Shown in pieces: positions 25,395 to 39,254 of a stretch of 64,000 nucleotides of DNA. Made by a program: the position numbers and the translations under genes. Every line of letters begins with the position of its first letter. Position 1 is the stretch's first letter. The DNA comes from Lama guanicoe. Lineage: Eukaryota. Below the pieces are notes generated by a model that searched no databases, was not told the DNA's origin, and saw only the letters and a list, made by a program, of their open reading frames with translations. The stretch lies in contig MU054323.1 of the NCBI GenBank assembly GCA_013239625.1, positions 17,612,029-17,676,028 of the forward strand. The letters are read 5' to 3'.

Positions 25395-27839
25395 CAGTAA
25401 ATGCTTACTAATCCTTTAACATTTAATATTTGGGAATCACACCATTCATAGAGCTTTCTTCGATTCCCTTAGTTTGACAAAATCAGATATTCTACCCTCT
25501 TTACTGCTTTGTACCTCACATCAAGATTACTGGACCTAGCATATTATGCTGCAATTATTTGCTCATGACTATTTCTTTTATTCAATAATAAGCTCCTTAT
25601 AGGCAAGGATTGTTTTATTTATCTTAACATCTCCAAATACAGCACTCTATACATCCTAAGAAATAATGTAAAAACACTTTGTAAATGATGATGATTTACA
25701 AGTATGTTATCATTCTGAGCTAAAGTAAGCTCATCTAAACTAGTACTCTGATTTCAAAAGTTTAAAACAGCTGATCTAAATAGAATTCTTTTTACTGTAT
25801 GGATCTGATTTTCCAGTGGCTTATCTTTTGAGGATCATTTCTTTTATTTAGGCAGAATTTTAAGAGTTCAAACTAGAAAAGAATAACTCAATTTTCTTAT
25901 TCTTAAAGGTTATACTAGGCTAAGGAAAGCTTAGAAGAAATCTGAAGTTAAAATCATTCTTTGCTTAAAAGAAGTAATAGTTAAGCTCTACTAGGAATAA
26001 AGAATAGCTCTATGATGATTTAAATCTGTTGTTTTATAAATACACACAGAGAAATACACAGATAAAAGTATACACCAAACCAAGACTATTTAAATTTTAA
26101 ACTTTCAGAGAAAAGTTTTGTCTATCCAGTTCTTACTGCATAGTATGTGTAATTAGGCAATTAATAAACATAGGCTTTTAATGATATTGAAGAACAGGTA
26201 GGGAAGGCCTCATCAAGAATACTAGGTGTTGTTTTATAGGAGCTCAATCTCAGTATTTCTTTGAGAAGTGAGCATAGCTACCTTGTTATAATATAGGCTT
26301 CTAAACTTAATTATATGCTGGTCATTTACTCCATAAATTCACAGGGTTAGTCTGATTTCCTGGAGGGGAAATTTATTAATGGTCACACCACATTAACTTC
26401 CTCAATTTTTTTGGTCTAAATTTGATACAGCAGGCTGTGATGGCAAAAAGATAGAAGGAAGAAAGTCACTAAGAACAGAATATATTTTAGGGTGTTTGTA
26501 TCAAGTTCTAACAAACAAGCTCCTTGTCTTATGTAAAATCATTGAGTAATGAGGAAGAATCCAAGAAGCCATGTTCACTTTGAGACTAAATCTGCCCTTC
26601 CCAGATTAAGTAATACAGCATACCAAAAGAATGCTGGTGAGGTTTAAATCCCAGGGCCAACAATGAGTAGACAGATAACCTCAAGAAGTCGTTTATCCAG
26701 TGTTTCATTTTCTCATCAGTACAAAAGAGTGGGCTAAGTGACAAGACCTCTGAGCCCCTTCCAGCTCCAACAACCCACAAGGCTACTCATTAACCCCTAC
26801 TTCAAATATGGCTGAGTCTGGACCTTAATTAGGGAATCAGGGAAGACACTTTATAAAAGAAAAGAGCTAGAGAAAGAGAGGATGAGTTGCTGTTCTGTAG
26901 TATACTACTGTTTGCTTTCATATCACTTGCATCAATTACAGAATAAAATCATCTATTTAAACTAATATGCCTAGGTTAGATCATAAAACTCCAAACACAC
27001 ACAGCTTTTCTGGGCAAAAAAAAAAAAAAAGAGAGACTCTAATTTTGTCTGTTTCACTATGGTTTCTGGGCAATTTTGCTCTTTATATTCTTATATTTGG
27101 ATTAAAGTAAAGGTACTCTCTAAAGAAATCCATCAAGTTAAACACAAAACAGAAATCTGTATACTTTTCTGTATATATACCATGCTTCGATTTAAAAAGT
27201 TCACTTTAAAAAAAGGATATTCAAAATATAATCAGAATATTTTTAGATTTCAGGAAATGGGTAAGTACAATTCTTGTTAGGCATAACCTCAAATTGGCTC
27301 TCTCGTAGCATGTCTAAAAGTTAAGCTTAAAGAGTATAGTTACTACAGAGATGTGCTATTTTGCCTCAAGTCTCAACAAAAATGGATACAAACCCAAAAG
27401 GAATTCTACATTCCAGTAACAAGATCAAATGTTTTGCTGCCTAACCTGTGTGGGAAGGCTTTTGCCTAAGTAACCCAGAAAGTCTAATGTCCAGTTTAGT
27501 TAAGCGTTAGTTTCTTTTTTTTTGGAGGGTGTGGGGTAGGGGGTGGTGAGGTGCTGGAAGTTTATTTGGTCAGCTCTTTTGGTAAGGAAGTAGAAAGGCC
27601 AAGTCAAAAGTCATGTGATCCATGAGTGCAACATCACAGAAAGAACTAGGACCCTCCTCTGTTAATAACTTGAAATGAGGCTGTAACTAAATACTTGATG
27701 TGAAACTCTCTCAAACACCTTATTTGTAAAATGGAAATAATATTTACCATAGAGTAATACTGCTAACAGTGTTGTTGAAAAGATTGAATATGGTACTAAC
27801 CTGACTGTATTAAAAAAAATAGCTGAGCAGTAATAATAA

Positions 27840-28120
27840 TCATAGTAATAGTAATTAACATTTACAGAGAATTTATTATGTTCTAATCACTCTTCTTAAC
27901 ACTTTACTTGTATTTACCCATTACCCTTACAGCTATCACATCATGTATCTATTATTATTATCCTCATTTTACAGATGAGGAAATGGAGGCACAGAGTGGT
28001 TAGTGGTTAAGTAATTTGCTGTAAGTCACAAAGTTAATAAGTGATGGAGTCAGGACTCAACCAACTTGAACAATCCAACTCCAGGACACAAGCTCTAAAC
28101 TACCAACTACACTATTGTCT
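27840..28120 (-). mobile_element. MIR SINE
   Basis: Core attatcctcattttacagatgaggaaatggaggcacagag...aagtcacaaag. Confidence 0.85.
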
Positions 28121-29101
28121 CTGTGGCAAAAAGACTATGCTCATTTCATCACACCAAGGCTGCTATGTAAATGGATGGGGCTATACTGATTATATTTTGA
28201 ATATTCTTTTTTAATGTTAGGCTTTGCATAGTCCCATACTTCTAGAAGATCCTGATCATGTTTGAGAAATACTCAGTTCAATGTCCCTGGGGAAACACAA
28301 AAACTCTTTTAAAAAATACCTGTTTGCCTTTGGGGGAAGAAAATTTTATAATGCTTCTCCCAAATGAGTCTAAGTAGGGTCATTTTGTTGGGAACCAAAC
28401 AGAGCAGTATTTACATACATAAGAAAACATTCTCCAATCCTCCTCCTATTGAAGGAACCTTGAAAATAACAAGTTCACAGTGTTCAACTCATAATTGAAT
28501 GGAAACACAAGATTTGACCCTGAGGTCATTCGCCTGGGGAATATGACCTGGGGAACTTGGCTTGGTCCTGCCAAACCAAAACAAGAGGCGGCAAATTCAG
28601 TCTTTCTAAGTTCACTTTAGGACCTGGGAAAATAAGATGTTAGTGCAATAATTATAGTTTCTAGTCCTTTGGACCAAATGAAGGGAAGGGATGATGCAAT
28701 ACTCTGAGGCTGGAAGCACAAAAGAAAAAAAGGTTCTAATAAAAACAACAGATATGCTTCCTAAATTCACCCAAGCCTAGGAGAAAGGGGTAACAGAGTG
28801 GCATATTTAGATCTCTAGTCTACCACAGGAAGACTAACCATGAAAGTCAGTTTTTACTAGCCAGCTTCCTCACTGAAACCACATCCAGAATTCCCAAGGG
28901 TATGACAGACAAATCACAGGTTGTGATACTGTTTACAGAATTAACATAAAGAGGTCATAAACAAAAATTCCACTTGTATGAAAATATCTTCAAAGCATGA
29001 AGAAAACTACGAAACATGGTATTAGAGCTAACTTTATTTTGTTAAGTGAATTAGGTGATGGAAATTATTACTCATTTTCATAAGGGAAACAAACAATGTA
29101 C

Positions 29102-29192
29102 CTGAGATAGCTTCCAAAATAAGCAACAATATTTGGGTGTTTACAGTCTTTCATCATAATAATTTCTTGCTGCACAACTGCAAAGTCTTCTC
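29102..29192 (-). CDS. MAP4K3: MAP4K3 exon 3 (GEDFAVVQQEIIMMKDCKHPNIVAYFGSYL-R; alphaC helix)
   Basis: tattctag|GAGAAG...TATCTCAG|gtacat, 91 nt. Confidence 0.96.
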
Positions 29193-29319
29193 CTAGAATA
29201 AAAAATAAGCATGTTGAGTATTTAGGAGGTCAATTTCAAAATGTCAATTTGTTTCAAAACATAATAAATAATGTTGATATTACTTTTAACGACAATTTCA
29301 ATCCTTGCCTAACAAAGTT

Positions 29320-29580
29320 CAGTGATTAAAAGCATAAACTCTGTTCCCAGACTATGTGGATTTCAAATCCCAACTTTGTCCTATTAAGTTGTGTGAACTT
29401 GGGCAAGCTGCCTGACCTCTTTGTGCCAATTTCTGCCTCTGTAAAATGGGGATAAAAATAATAATAACCCATCTCACAGGGCTGTTGGAAGGGTTAAATG
29501 GGCTAATGTATATAAAATGCTTAGAAGGCCATCCGACACAGAGTAAGCACTAGGTAAGCACTTGCTTTTACTACTATTAT
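29320..29580 (+). mobile_element. MIR SINE
   Basis: gtgtgaacttgggcaag...ctgtaaaatggggataa...gggttaaatggg. Confidence 0.85.
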
Positions 29581-30689
29581 GCCTTGGACATAATCATCAT
29601 ATAATTCACTAGAAAACATGCACGTTTTCCTTTATTACTAGATAATATTTAGTATAATTTTGCACAAAGAAGTAATTCTTTTTTAAGTTAGGGCAGGAAC
29701 CCTTATAGACCAAGAATATCAAATGTACCTCAACAGTTCTCTTTGTAGAGCTGACAAGCCTGCTCTCTACCAGCACTGGGTTACCAGATGGCCCACATAC
29801 CCAGGCCTATCCTGTATTTGAGTGCCTTGTTCCAGCTATGCTGGAATACAGAATGGGATTGTATTTTAGCCTGGTCAGACAATTAGCAAATAATCTCTCT
29901 CATTTTACTCCTCTCTGCCCAAATCCTTCAAGATAAGATCTGGCAATCCTATAGCACTATCACATGCTATGGCTCTTGAATGAACACTTGTCATAGAGAG
30001 AAACAGAAGTGCATGAATGCAAATGTGGTAAACCAGAGACTATGCAGAAACAGAACACATGGAAGTGCTTACACTTAAATCAAAGTAGCTTTGTATCTAG
30101 TTCAGTTTTTTAAAGCATTGTATACTATGAATAGCCTGATTAAATGTACATTAGTGGCAAAGTAAAGAAGACTTTCCAAAATAAATCTCAAATCATAAAT
30201 AAGAGGCTGTTACGGCAAGCTCTGACATTTCTGGTCTTGGTATGTTCCTACTGTAAATGTAACTGAGACATGAAATAGCCTAACCAAGAACCATCTGAAT
30301 CCAAGATCAAAACCCACCTTACTATCCCAGTTACAAGAGAAGAAGTAATGGAGAAGAGACAGCGTGTCAGATTCTTATTTTCTGCAATGAAATAAGTACA
30401 AAATCAAAGACCTCCAAAGGGAGAACAGGACATTTTTATGCCTCCAAAATTTCAAAAGAAAATCATTAAACTAGGATCCTCTTCTGGGTTCACATCCCAC
30501 CAGTAAGAATTCCTGATTTTCAGTATATTAAGAAAACTCCAAGGTAGAAATAATAAAGCCATAATGAGACTAATACCATTTTTTAGGGATATACTAAATA
30601 CTTTGAAAGTTCTAAATTTTGCTTTTTTCACTTGCTTCTTAATTATACTTTCCCCCAATCCAGTGAAAGGGTTACATGAGATCAAAGTT

Positions 30690-31030
30690 GCTCTAGTCAG
30701 AGAGAACTTTAGGACTTTAGTTTGATGGTTAGAGGACAGCAGCTCTCTTCCTGGGGTAGCCCTGAAGTTGTCAGTGGTCACCATCCAACCTCAAAGGGAG
30801 CCAGCTTTAGAATGAAGCTGATTTGCAGAAAGCACGAGGAGAAACAGGAAAACGGGGGAAGGAGGAAGGCACGTGATGAAGTGGCTGAGCTACAGCAGGA
30901 AGCCTCATCTGCCTCTGTAATTTTTAGATATTCTTATACATGACCAATAAACTCCCTATATTGTTTAAAAGCCATCTTGAGCTGTGGTTTCTGTTATTCA
31001 CACCTGCAAGCATCATGTCTACAGTGATCT
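30690..31030 (+). mobile_element. Old MLT1 LTR fragment
   Basis: ttatacatgaccaataaactccctatattgtttaaaagccatcttgagctg...ttctgttattc. Confidence 0.55.
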
Positions 31031-31887
31031 TTGTATGAATCCTAGCCCTCATGACACTACCTCGATGTCTGTAAGTCTATGTCCTCACTGGAATGTTATG
31101 TCCTCTAGCATCTAATATGCAAACAGTAAAACTGCTGCCTGAATGAATCTATGACAGTGCAAAGTTCCTCTACATGATAACTCTAAATCAGGAGCATTTA
31201 CTTTTGGTTTAATTTCATCTAATTATTAGTATGTTTTATACAATTGTTTATTTGCTACTCCTGTGCTTTTACTAAAACCTATGGGTGGCCTTCAACTACC
31301 TTTATTCTACGAAATGTTGTTGATCCAAAGTGCATCCCTTTTGTCCTACCATGTTATCTCCACATGACTATGAGAATGGCCAAATTATTAAATTCAATAT
31401 TTTTGTGAGGAAAAAATCCACGACTTGATTTTTAAAGGTAACTGAAAAACGGTAGGAAAAAAGAAAGCAGTTTGAGACATTAATAATCCAAAGAAGGCTA
31501 ATAGTAGATTTAAAGGACTTTCTTCAAAGCTCAATAGAAATATACTTGAAAGAATAAAGTAACAGCACCTCCTCTCCAAAAAAAAATCCTAACATACCTA
31601 ATTGAACACTGTAAAGCAGAATGGTTAGACTAGAAAATCTCAAAATTCTTTCCAATTCTGAGAGTCTAGGATTTTTTGATGAAAGTTTTAGACACTAATG
31701 TGAAGAATATATCTTCCAGAAAATGGTAAAAATAAAAACAAAACTTAACTGAGGAAAACAGGCAAGTCTGCAAGTAGAGTAGATCATGAATAAACCATGT
31801 AAACAGGCAGAAAAATATAAACTTCCACATACAAAATTCTCAGAATAAACATGACACTTATTAAGCACCTAATAAATGTTAACCATC

Positions 31888-32383
31888 TGCAGTGGGCTGA
31901 ATTATGGCCCCAGAAGTATCCAGGCCCTAATCTCTGAAACCTGTGAATGTTACCATGCATGGCGGGGGGGAGGGGAGGGTTGTTTGCAAGTGTGATTAAA
32001 TTAAGGATCTTGAGATGGGGAGATAATCCTGCATTATCTTGGTAGCCCCTAAATGTAATTACAAGTGTTCTTATAAGAGGAGGCAGAGGGAGACTTGACT
32101 ATAAGGAGGCAAGGAGCAAGATGCTGTGCTGCTGGCTTTAAAGATGGAGAAAGAGGCCAAGAATGAAGGAATGCAAGGAATGCAGCTCTAGAAGCTAGAA
32201 AAGGCAAGGAAATAATATTCTCCCTTAGAGTACAAGGAGGAAGTGAAGCCTTGCTAACACTTTAATCTTGACCTGATGAAACTCTGGACTTCTAAATTCC
32301 AGAACTTTAAGAGAATAAATCTGTGCTGTTTCAAGGCATTAAGTTTGTGGTACTTTACTACAGCAGCCACAGGAAACCAATGC
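31888..32383 (+). mobile_element. MaLR MLT1D/C-like LTR
   Basis: gtgattaaattaaggatcttgagatggggagataatcctg...agaataaatctgtgctgtttcaagg...cagcagccacaggaaaccaat. Confidence 0.85.
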
Positions 32384-32407
32384 CCAATTCCTATCAACAT
32401 TATTACT

Positions 32408-32760
32408 GTGGCAGAGCCGGCCAGCCATTCACAAATAATCCATGCTGTCCCTTCCACAGTGTGGAAGTTATTTGTGGGAGGCAATTATTCAGCCAAAAGA
32501 CAACAATTCCCAGTCAGTGTGATGTGCCCAAGAGACCAGTTCTCGCCAATGAATGTTAGCAAAAATAATGTGTCCTTTTCCCACTATTTCTTTGCCTATC
32601 AGCTGGCTATATGACACTGTGAGGCCCCAGAAAATTAAGTCTGGGTCCCCAAGTCATCAAAAGAAAGCTGAACATCTCATCTGCTAAACTATTACATGAA
32701 GCTGAAATAAAATTTCCACTGATATGTTCTAGTTTAGTTATTACAGTAAAGAGTATCCTA
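32408..32760 (+). mobile_element. Older MLT1 (J-like) LTR fragment
   Basis: tgtggcagag...gaccagttctcgccaatgaatgttagc...aaactattacatgaagctgaaataaa. Confidence 0.5.
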
Positions 32761-35700
32761 AGCTGATAATTAACTGATTAATTAACTGATAAACTGATTA
32801 TTATAACTGATAGAATTATTACCATCGATTTATGAAAAAGTTGTCCGAACTATAGTAGGTGCTTCACAAATGTTTTAGTGGATTAACAAACAAGAGACTG
32901 TCCCTCTAACAGAGAACGGTTACAGGGGTAGGTCTTTCCCTGAAAACTACAACAGAACATTCAATCCCTAACACCTCCTTCCCTTTTAGATACAAACTGT
33001 TAACCACTGTATTTTCAACATTTCATACAATTCTTTACTTTTTCTTTGACAAAATAATAATCTTAAATTAATAGCCAACTGGCTGCCTTTCTGGTATGCT
33101 TAATTATTTTCACTGCCATCAGTTGTACTAAGTAAGATCTACTCTTCTCATCAATAACATAAGCACTTTGAATTAATAAACTATCTACTCATATTTTTTA
33201 AAAAACAAGCCAAAAAACGCAATAAAGCAAATAATTATAATGTTGTTAGATAAATATAGTGAAGCTATCAAAACAGAACTATTGGCTGCGAGGCAGCATT
33301 ACCATTTTGGTCTATTTAACAGTTTATTTATCTAAGTCCAAAGTAAGATCCAAAATAAGGCAGGTACCCATAACACAGAAGTGAACTCCCAGTATGAGTT
33401 CTCTTGATTATATCCTTCCTACTTACTAAAAATTATGGCAGCATACCTAGAGTCTCTCTGTGTAAAGTAGATCTGTAATAGGCTTAAAAATGTTTCTCGA
33501 GTAGTAACAGAAAAAGGAAAAATAATGCATGGAATAGATTTTAAACCAAGTGAAGAATACATGGGCAAAACTTCTATTTTTACCAGACTTACCAACAAAA
33601 ACCACAGTATTGTTTAGGGCTAGTTCTTATTTTGAGATGCTTCAAGTTTGTGGATGTTCCGGTTTTCTCTCACAACACTTGATCTTAAAATAAAGTTTTC
33701 TAGTGGTTCTTGAGCTGTTTTTGAAGCTATATAGGCATAAACCACAACCAAGTAAAACTCACGAAACTACCATTCCCTAAATGCAAAACTGTACGGCAAA
33801 ATTATTCTCATAAACTCAATTTTGACATATGCCTGCCTCCAACGGTGACACGGACTGTACCCCTTCCTTATCCCTTGTCACCAATTACATCGTAAGTCCT
33901 ATTCTGTCACCCTAAAATCCTGCCTGTACCTGCCTTCCATACTACTCAAGTGTGGATGTTGTAATAGGAATGTCTTCTTACCACAAGGGTCTCTCTTCTC
34001 CAATCTGTCCTGTGTCCACTGACCATGTTACTAACCTATTTAAAAAAATCCTACCATCCGTAGGGTAGAGTCTAAATCTTTGGGCTAGTATTTACGATTT
34101 TCTATCAATTATCATCACTCTACTTTTCATGTCTTATTTCCTACTATGCCCAAGCAGAGTGTACCAGTCTACTTAAATGAAACTACCATTTCCCAAACAG
34201 GCAGAGTAAGTCAACAACATCTTTGCTTTCACACTATCCTCATATGAAATACTCTCCCAGCAAAATTCTAGCCAGCCTTAAAGACTTGGCAAAACTGTTC
34301 TTTTTTAAATTACCGCAAGTGAAATGAACCTCACCACCTCTATGGAACTCACCAACTAATCAGGATATTTTAGTTCCTCTGTCCAATTAGTGTCCTTTCA
34401 CATGGAGTCTTGCCTAGATAGCCCCTAAATAGAGTATTTCACACGTAACAGTCAAAGCCAGCTATTCAAAGACCTGTGAATTGGTCAAGTCTTTCTAGTC
34501 AAAGCCACTACCATTCCTTAGTGCCAGCACCATCACTCATAAACACACTGTTTGCTCAACAGGTGATTCCCTGCAGTTAGGCTACTTACACAAGCATTTT
34601 GGTTAGTTTTCACATTGGGTAACAAGCTCCCTGAAGGCAAGAACCATGCCTTTGTATCTTCTGTTCTAAGTAAACTGAATACTAAATAAATACTTTTGAA
34701 GCTAAATCACTGAACATGGTAGGGAAGGAGGGAGAAATTATAGATATACTAAATAGTCCTTTATTGCTTTGGCTAAGCAGTCCATGATTAACCTTTGAAA
34801 AGTAATTATCATAAATGATGTAACAATGACTCTCTTCATGATGACAGTAAACACACAGCAGCACTGAATAAACAACTGAGGGTAAGGGATCTACTAACGT
34901 TCTCTAGGGAGATAGAAAGAGGACTAGATAAATCATTTCCCTCCTGTCTCGTCACTGACACAAGGCAAAGGGGGAGAAAGCACCTCTCCTACTCCTCAGG
35001 ACAGAAAAAACTAATGTCAAAAGGTGACAGGAAAGAAGACTGATAACATTTAACTTTGGAGATCCACAAAAAAATAGTGGAAGGGGGTCTCACTGGTACC
35101 TAGTCACACTGTAAAATTTTTGCTTTACAATTTAATAAACATTGCTCTCATGGAAACAAAACATAATACCCTATTTTGTCCCTATGATTTTCCCTGCTCA
35201 TCAATTCTGAGTATTTTTCATTGTGTTGGAAAAGGAATGAGTTTCCCCATTTAGAAGAGTTTCTCCCATGAGTTGCTACCTAATTAATCAGTGTTATCTG
35301 TCAGCATTTATAGCCTACTTTAATAACCAGTGCTGTAAACAATACCACAAGTGAGTACTTACAAGTAAACTTAATTAAATACTATTTTCTGGCATGAAAA
35401 ACTAAAAAACAATGGCTCAAGAGTCAGAGGAATCAGATCTACAAATAAGATGTGTGACCTTGGGTAAATTACAAACGCTGTCCCTACGTTTCAGCCGTAT
35501 GAAATGGAAGACTTAGGCTTAAGAGATTGTTCAAGTAATACTTCCCTAACACCAGGTAATGCCCCAGATTTTGAAGGTTGTAATAATCTAACAACTATCT
35601 AGAAAGATGACCTAAAAAGCATGTTATGGCTCTAAAATTCCGACTCCAAAACACAAAAAGAGAAAAAAGATAACACCTTATAAGAACTTAAAAGTGAAGC

Positions 35701-35789
35701 CTGAAAGTACGTGTCTGTGAGTTTTATTCTATTAGCAAGCTCTGCCACAAGCTCTCATCTGGATCTGTTTTTAATTTTCTTTTAAAAGT

Positions 35790-36640
35790 CTCAAGAGTTG
35801 GCAGTGTGTTAGCCTCAGCAGCCCGAGGACCACAAGAAGAAGCCTGCAGTCTGACAAAAGTAGGTCTACTGACCCACTGCAACAAGGAAGACTGCACGCC
35901 AGGGGGAACTTGGGCCATCTCACAAAACAAAGGAAAAGAGAGTTGTAAGATTTGGCAAAGAGTGGCATCTACAAGAAATTTACATGAAGCAGTGTTTTGA
36001 TAGGCTTAGAGCAAAGCAGAGCTATGTGTAAAGGGGTCCACTTCAGAAATGTACTGCAACCTGAACCAAGGTTCTCTTTCCTTAGCAACTATAAGGTTAA
36101 GACAGATGTGGATACTGTGTCCAGAAACCCCTTATCCAAAGCTGTGTGTCTCAGTTGTAAATCAAGACTGCTACTCTATGTCAAAAAGACTTAGATTCTC
36201 CAGGCAAGAGTGGGATGCTTTATTCGTGCTGATATAATTACACACAAGTCAAGTTTCCGACAGTCTATGGTTTTCAAGAACAAAGTTGTTCAGTGAATAA
36301 GCAAGCTCCAGTCACTCAAAGACAGTTTGTTATGATACCACACAGTTCTCCCACTCTTGGGAGAAACACCGTTTCCTGTTATGTTTGAGGTTTTATCTGT
36401 CTGTTATTCCAGCCCGATAAATGGCCAGATTTTTACTTTCTCAGTTAGTTGAGATTCCTGTCTCCATTTTATGTCAGTGTGTGAAGAATTGCTTGCTAAT
36501 TAAACTGATTACACATTATGCTCTTCAGAAAAGACTTTATTTGCTGATTTATCTTTTGGCTTGTTTATTATGCAGCAAGAAAGATATCCAATTTGGGCAG
36601 ACATACTGGTTTTGAGGAACACTGGGGAGTGCCCCAGTGA
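35790..36640. mobile_element. ERV/LTR-derived remnant, family uncertain
   Basis: Higher-GC segment with LTR-like motifs (aggtctactgacccactgcaacaaggaagactgc); by-eye resemblance only. Confidence 0.35.
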
Positions 36641-36661
36641 GGTTCATTTACTCATTTAATG

Positions 36662-36752
36662 TGCTAGTTTATCTCACTTGCCATAATGCCCTTAAGGTCT
36701 ATTCATGTTGTTGCAAATTTTCTTTTCCCTCTTGGTTGAATAATATTCGTGT

Positions 36753-36786
<34 letters not shown>

Positions 36787-37424
36787 CTTCTTTATCCACT
36801 TATCCACAGACAGACACTTAGGCTGTTTCCCATCTTGGCTATTGGGAATAATCCTACAATGAGTATGGGAGTACAGGTATCACTTCGATATCCTTTCATA
36901 TCCTTTGGATATATACTCAGAAGTTTGGATTGCTGGATCATATGGCAATTCTATTTTTAATTTTTTAAGGAATCTTTATACTGTCTTCTTTAGTGGCTAT
37001 ACTAGTTTACATTCCCACTAACAGTGCACAAGGATTCCTTTCTCTCCACATCCTCACCAACACTTATGTATTGTCTTTTGTATGATAAAAAACTAAAGCT
37101 TCTGCATCACCAAGAAATTGAAAAGGCACTCAACATAATGGGAAAAAAATACCTGAAAATCATACACCTGATAAGGAGTTAATATCCAAAAAATATTAAA
37201 AACTCACAGAAATTAACAGCAAAAAAACCCCAACCAATTTGATTTTAAAGTAGGCAGAGGAATCAAACAGACATTTTTCCAAGGAAGACATACAAATGGC
37301 CAACAGGTGTATGAAAAGGTGCTCAACATCATTAATCATCAGGGAAATGCAAATCAAACTACAGGGAGAAATCACCTCATACCTGTTAGAATGGCTATCA
37401 TAAAAAATACAAAGGTAACAATCA
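36662..37424 (-). mobile_element. L1 fragment with 5' inversion (36662-37086 minus; 37088-37424 plus), (CA)n at ~36755-36785
   Basis: Minus part covers the ORF2 end/3' UTR; plus part is the adjacent upstream ORF2 segment ending at acctgttagaatggctatcat. Confidence 0.8.
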
Positions 37425-38514
37425 TAGGTTAATATCTTAATGTGAAGACATCTGGGACTACAGTGTAATTTATAAAACATCAAGAAAATGTAAGCTTTGT
37501 TAGAACCAAGTCTTAAATGGAAACTGGTACATTATGAGAGTGTAATAAATGTTAAATTTGTATTAGCAGCATTTCAAGTAAAATACCAGAAATCATTGGT
37601 TGCATTACACATTTGGAGTCAAGAAGACTTTATGCAGGAGGATGAGATTATGAAGTGACATATCTGGGCACTACTTTTCTCTTTTCCACAAAAGTACTTC
37701 TGTCTCATTAAACATCTGTCTTAGGGTTGCTCAGATTTTTTTTTTAACCCACTTTATGAGTAAGGCTGAAGATAAATTTATGAATATAAGCTTGTTATCC
37801 TCTGAGACTTTGGTAACATGGATGCATAATTAACATAACAGAATAGGAAATTCACTAACAAACAGTTTTTAAAATAGATACAAGTTTGCCTGCCCTGGAG
37901 TATTATCTTGTCTAGTTCCCTTAACACCAATTTCTCTGTAACTTGAATTTCTTGAGAAAAGCTCTTTTAATAGGTGAAAATTGATGACATTGTTTTTAGG
38001 TGATGTTCTATTGACAGCTCTTGAACAGTAGCATAGCTACGTTAATGAGCAGAATAAAAATGGTTGATGTCTAACTTCAATTAGGCATATAACACTACAC
38101 AACAGTCCCATCACTGTTAACCAGTTCCTTCTGTTCTCTACAATGGCTCTTAAAACAACAATAGTCATTTCCATTACCCTTCAGATATAACACCTACCCA
38201 TCCCTACTTCATTCTCAGCTAAGGACCTAGCTTCTTACATCTGAGAAAATGGAGGCCCTGTTGTAAAGATTTTTCATTACCTTCTCCTCAACCTTTACTA
38301 AAGCTAATGTATATTTGTGCCCACTCTTGGCCCTACAAATATGTGATCCCCAACAGAGGTACTTTCTTTCAAGAGGCACCTCCTGATCCTAGCTCCTTCC
38401 AAGTCCCCCTCAGAGCCTTGCTCCGTCATCTGTATTATTTTTGATGCCTTTCTTCTCCCTATTACCACTCACATTTGCCTTATAGCCTACAAACAAATTC
38501 AGACTTTATTATTA

Positions 38515-39180
38515 ATTCTTTTTTAAATTTTATTGAGTTGTAGTCAGTTTACAATGGTGTATCAATTTCTGGTGTACAGCACAATTTTTCAGTCATACAT
38601 GAATATACATACAATCATTTTCATTCTTTTTCACCATGAGCTACCACAAGATCTTGTATATATTTCCCTGTGCTATGCAGCATAAACTTGTTTATCTATT
38701 CTATATATATCTGTCAGTATCTACAGATATCGAACTCCCAGTCCGTCCCTTCCTACCCCATTCCCCGCTGGCAACCACAAGCTAGTATTCTATGTCTATG
38801 AATCTGTTTCTGTTTTATATTTAAGTTTATTTGTCTTTTTTTTTTTTGGATTCCACATGAGTGGTATCGTATGGTATTTTTCTTTCTCTTTCTGGCTTAC
38901 TTCATTTAGAATGACATTCTCCAGGGACATCCATGTTGCTGCAAATGGCATTATGTTGTCATTTTAATGACTGAATAGTATTCCACTGTATAAATATACC
39001 ACATCTTCTTTATCCAGTCATCTGTCAATGGACATTTAGGCTGTTTCCATGACTTGGCTATTGTAAATATTGCTGCTATGAACATTGGGGTGCTGGTGTC
39101 TTTTTGAATTAGGGTTCCTTCTGGATATATGCCCAGGGGTGGGATTACTGGGTCATATGGTAAATCTATTCCTAGTCTTA
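38515..39180 (-). mobile_element. L1 3' end (lineage-specific), first part of a composite
   Basis: poly-T, ttttattgagttg, typical 3' UTR, ORF2 end; homologous to 39270-39925. Confidence 0.9.
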
Positions 39181-39254
39181 TTTTTTTTCACAAGGTATTG
39201 AATATTCATCCCTGTGGTATACAATAGGATCTTGTTGTTTTTTGTTTGTTTTGC

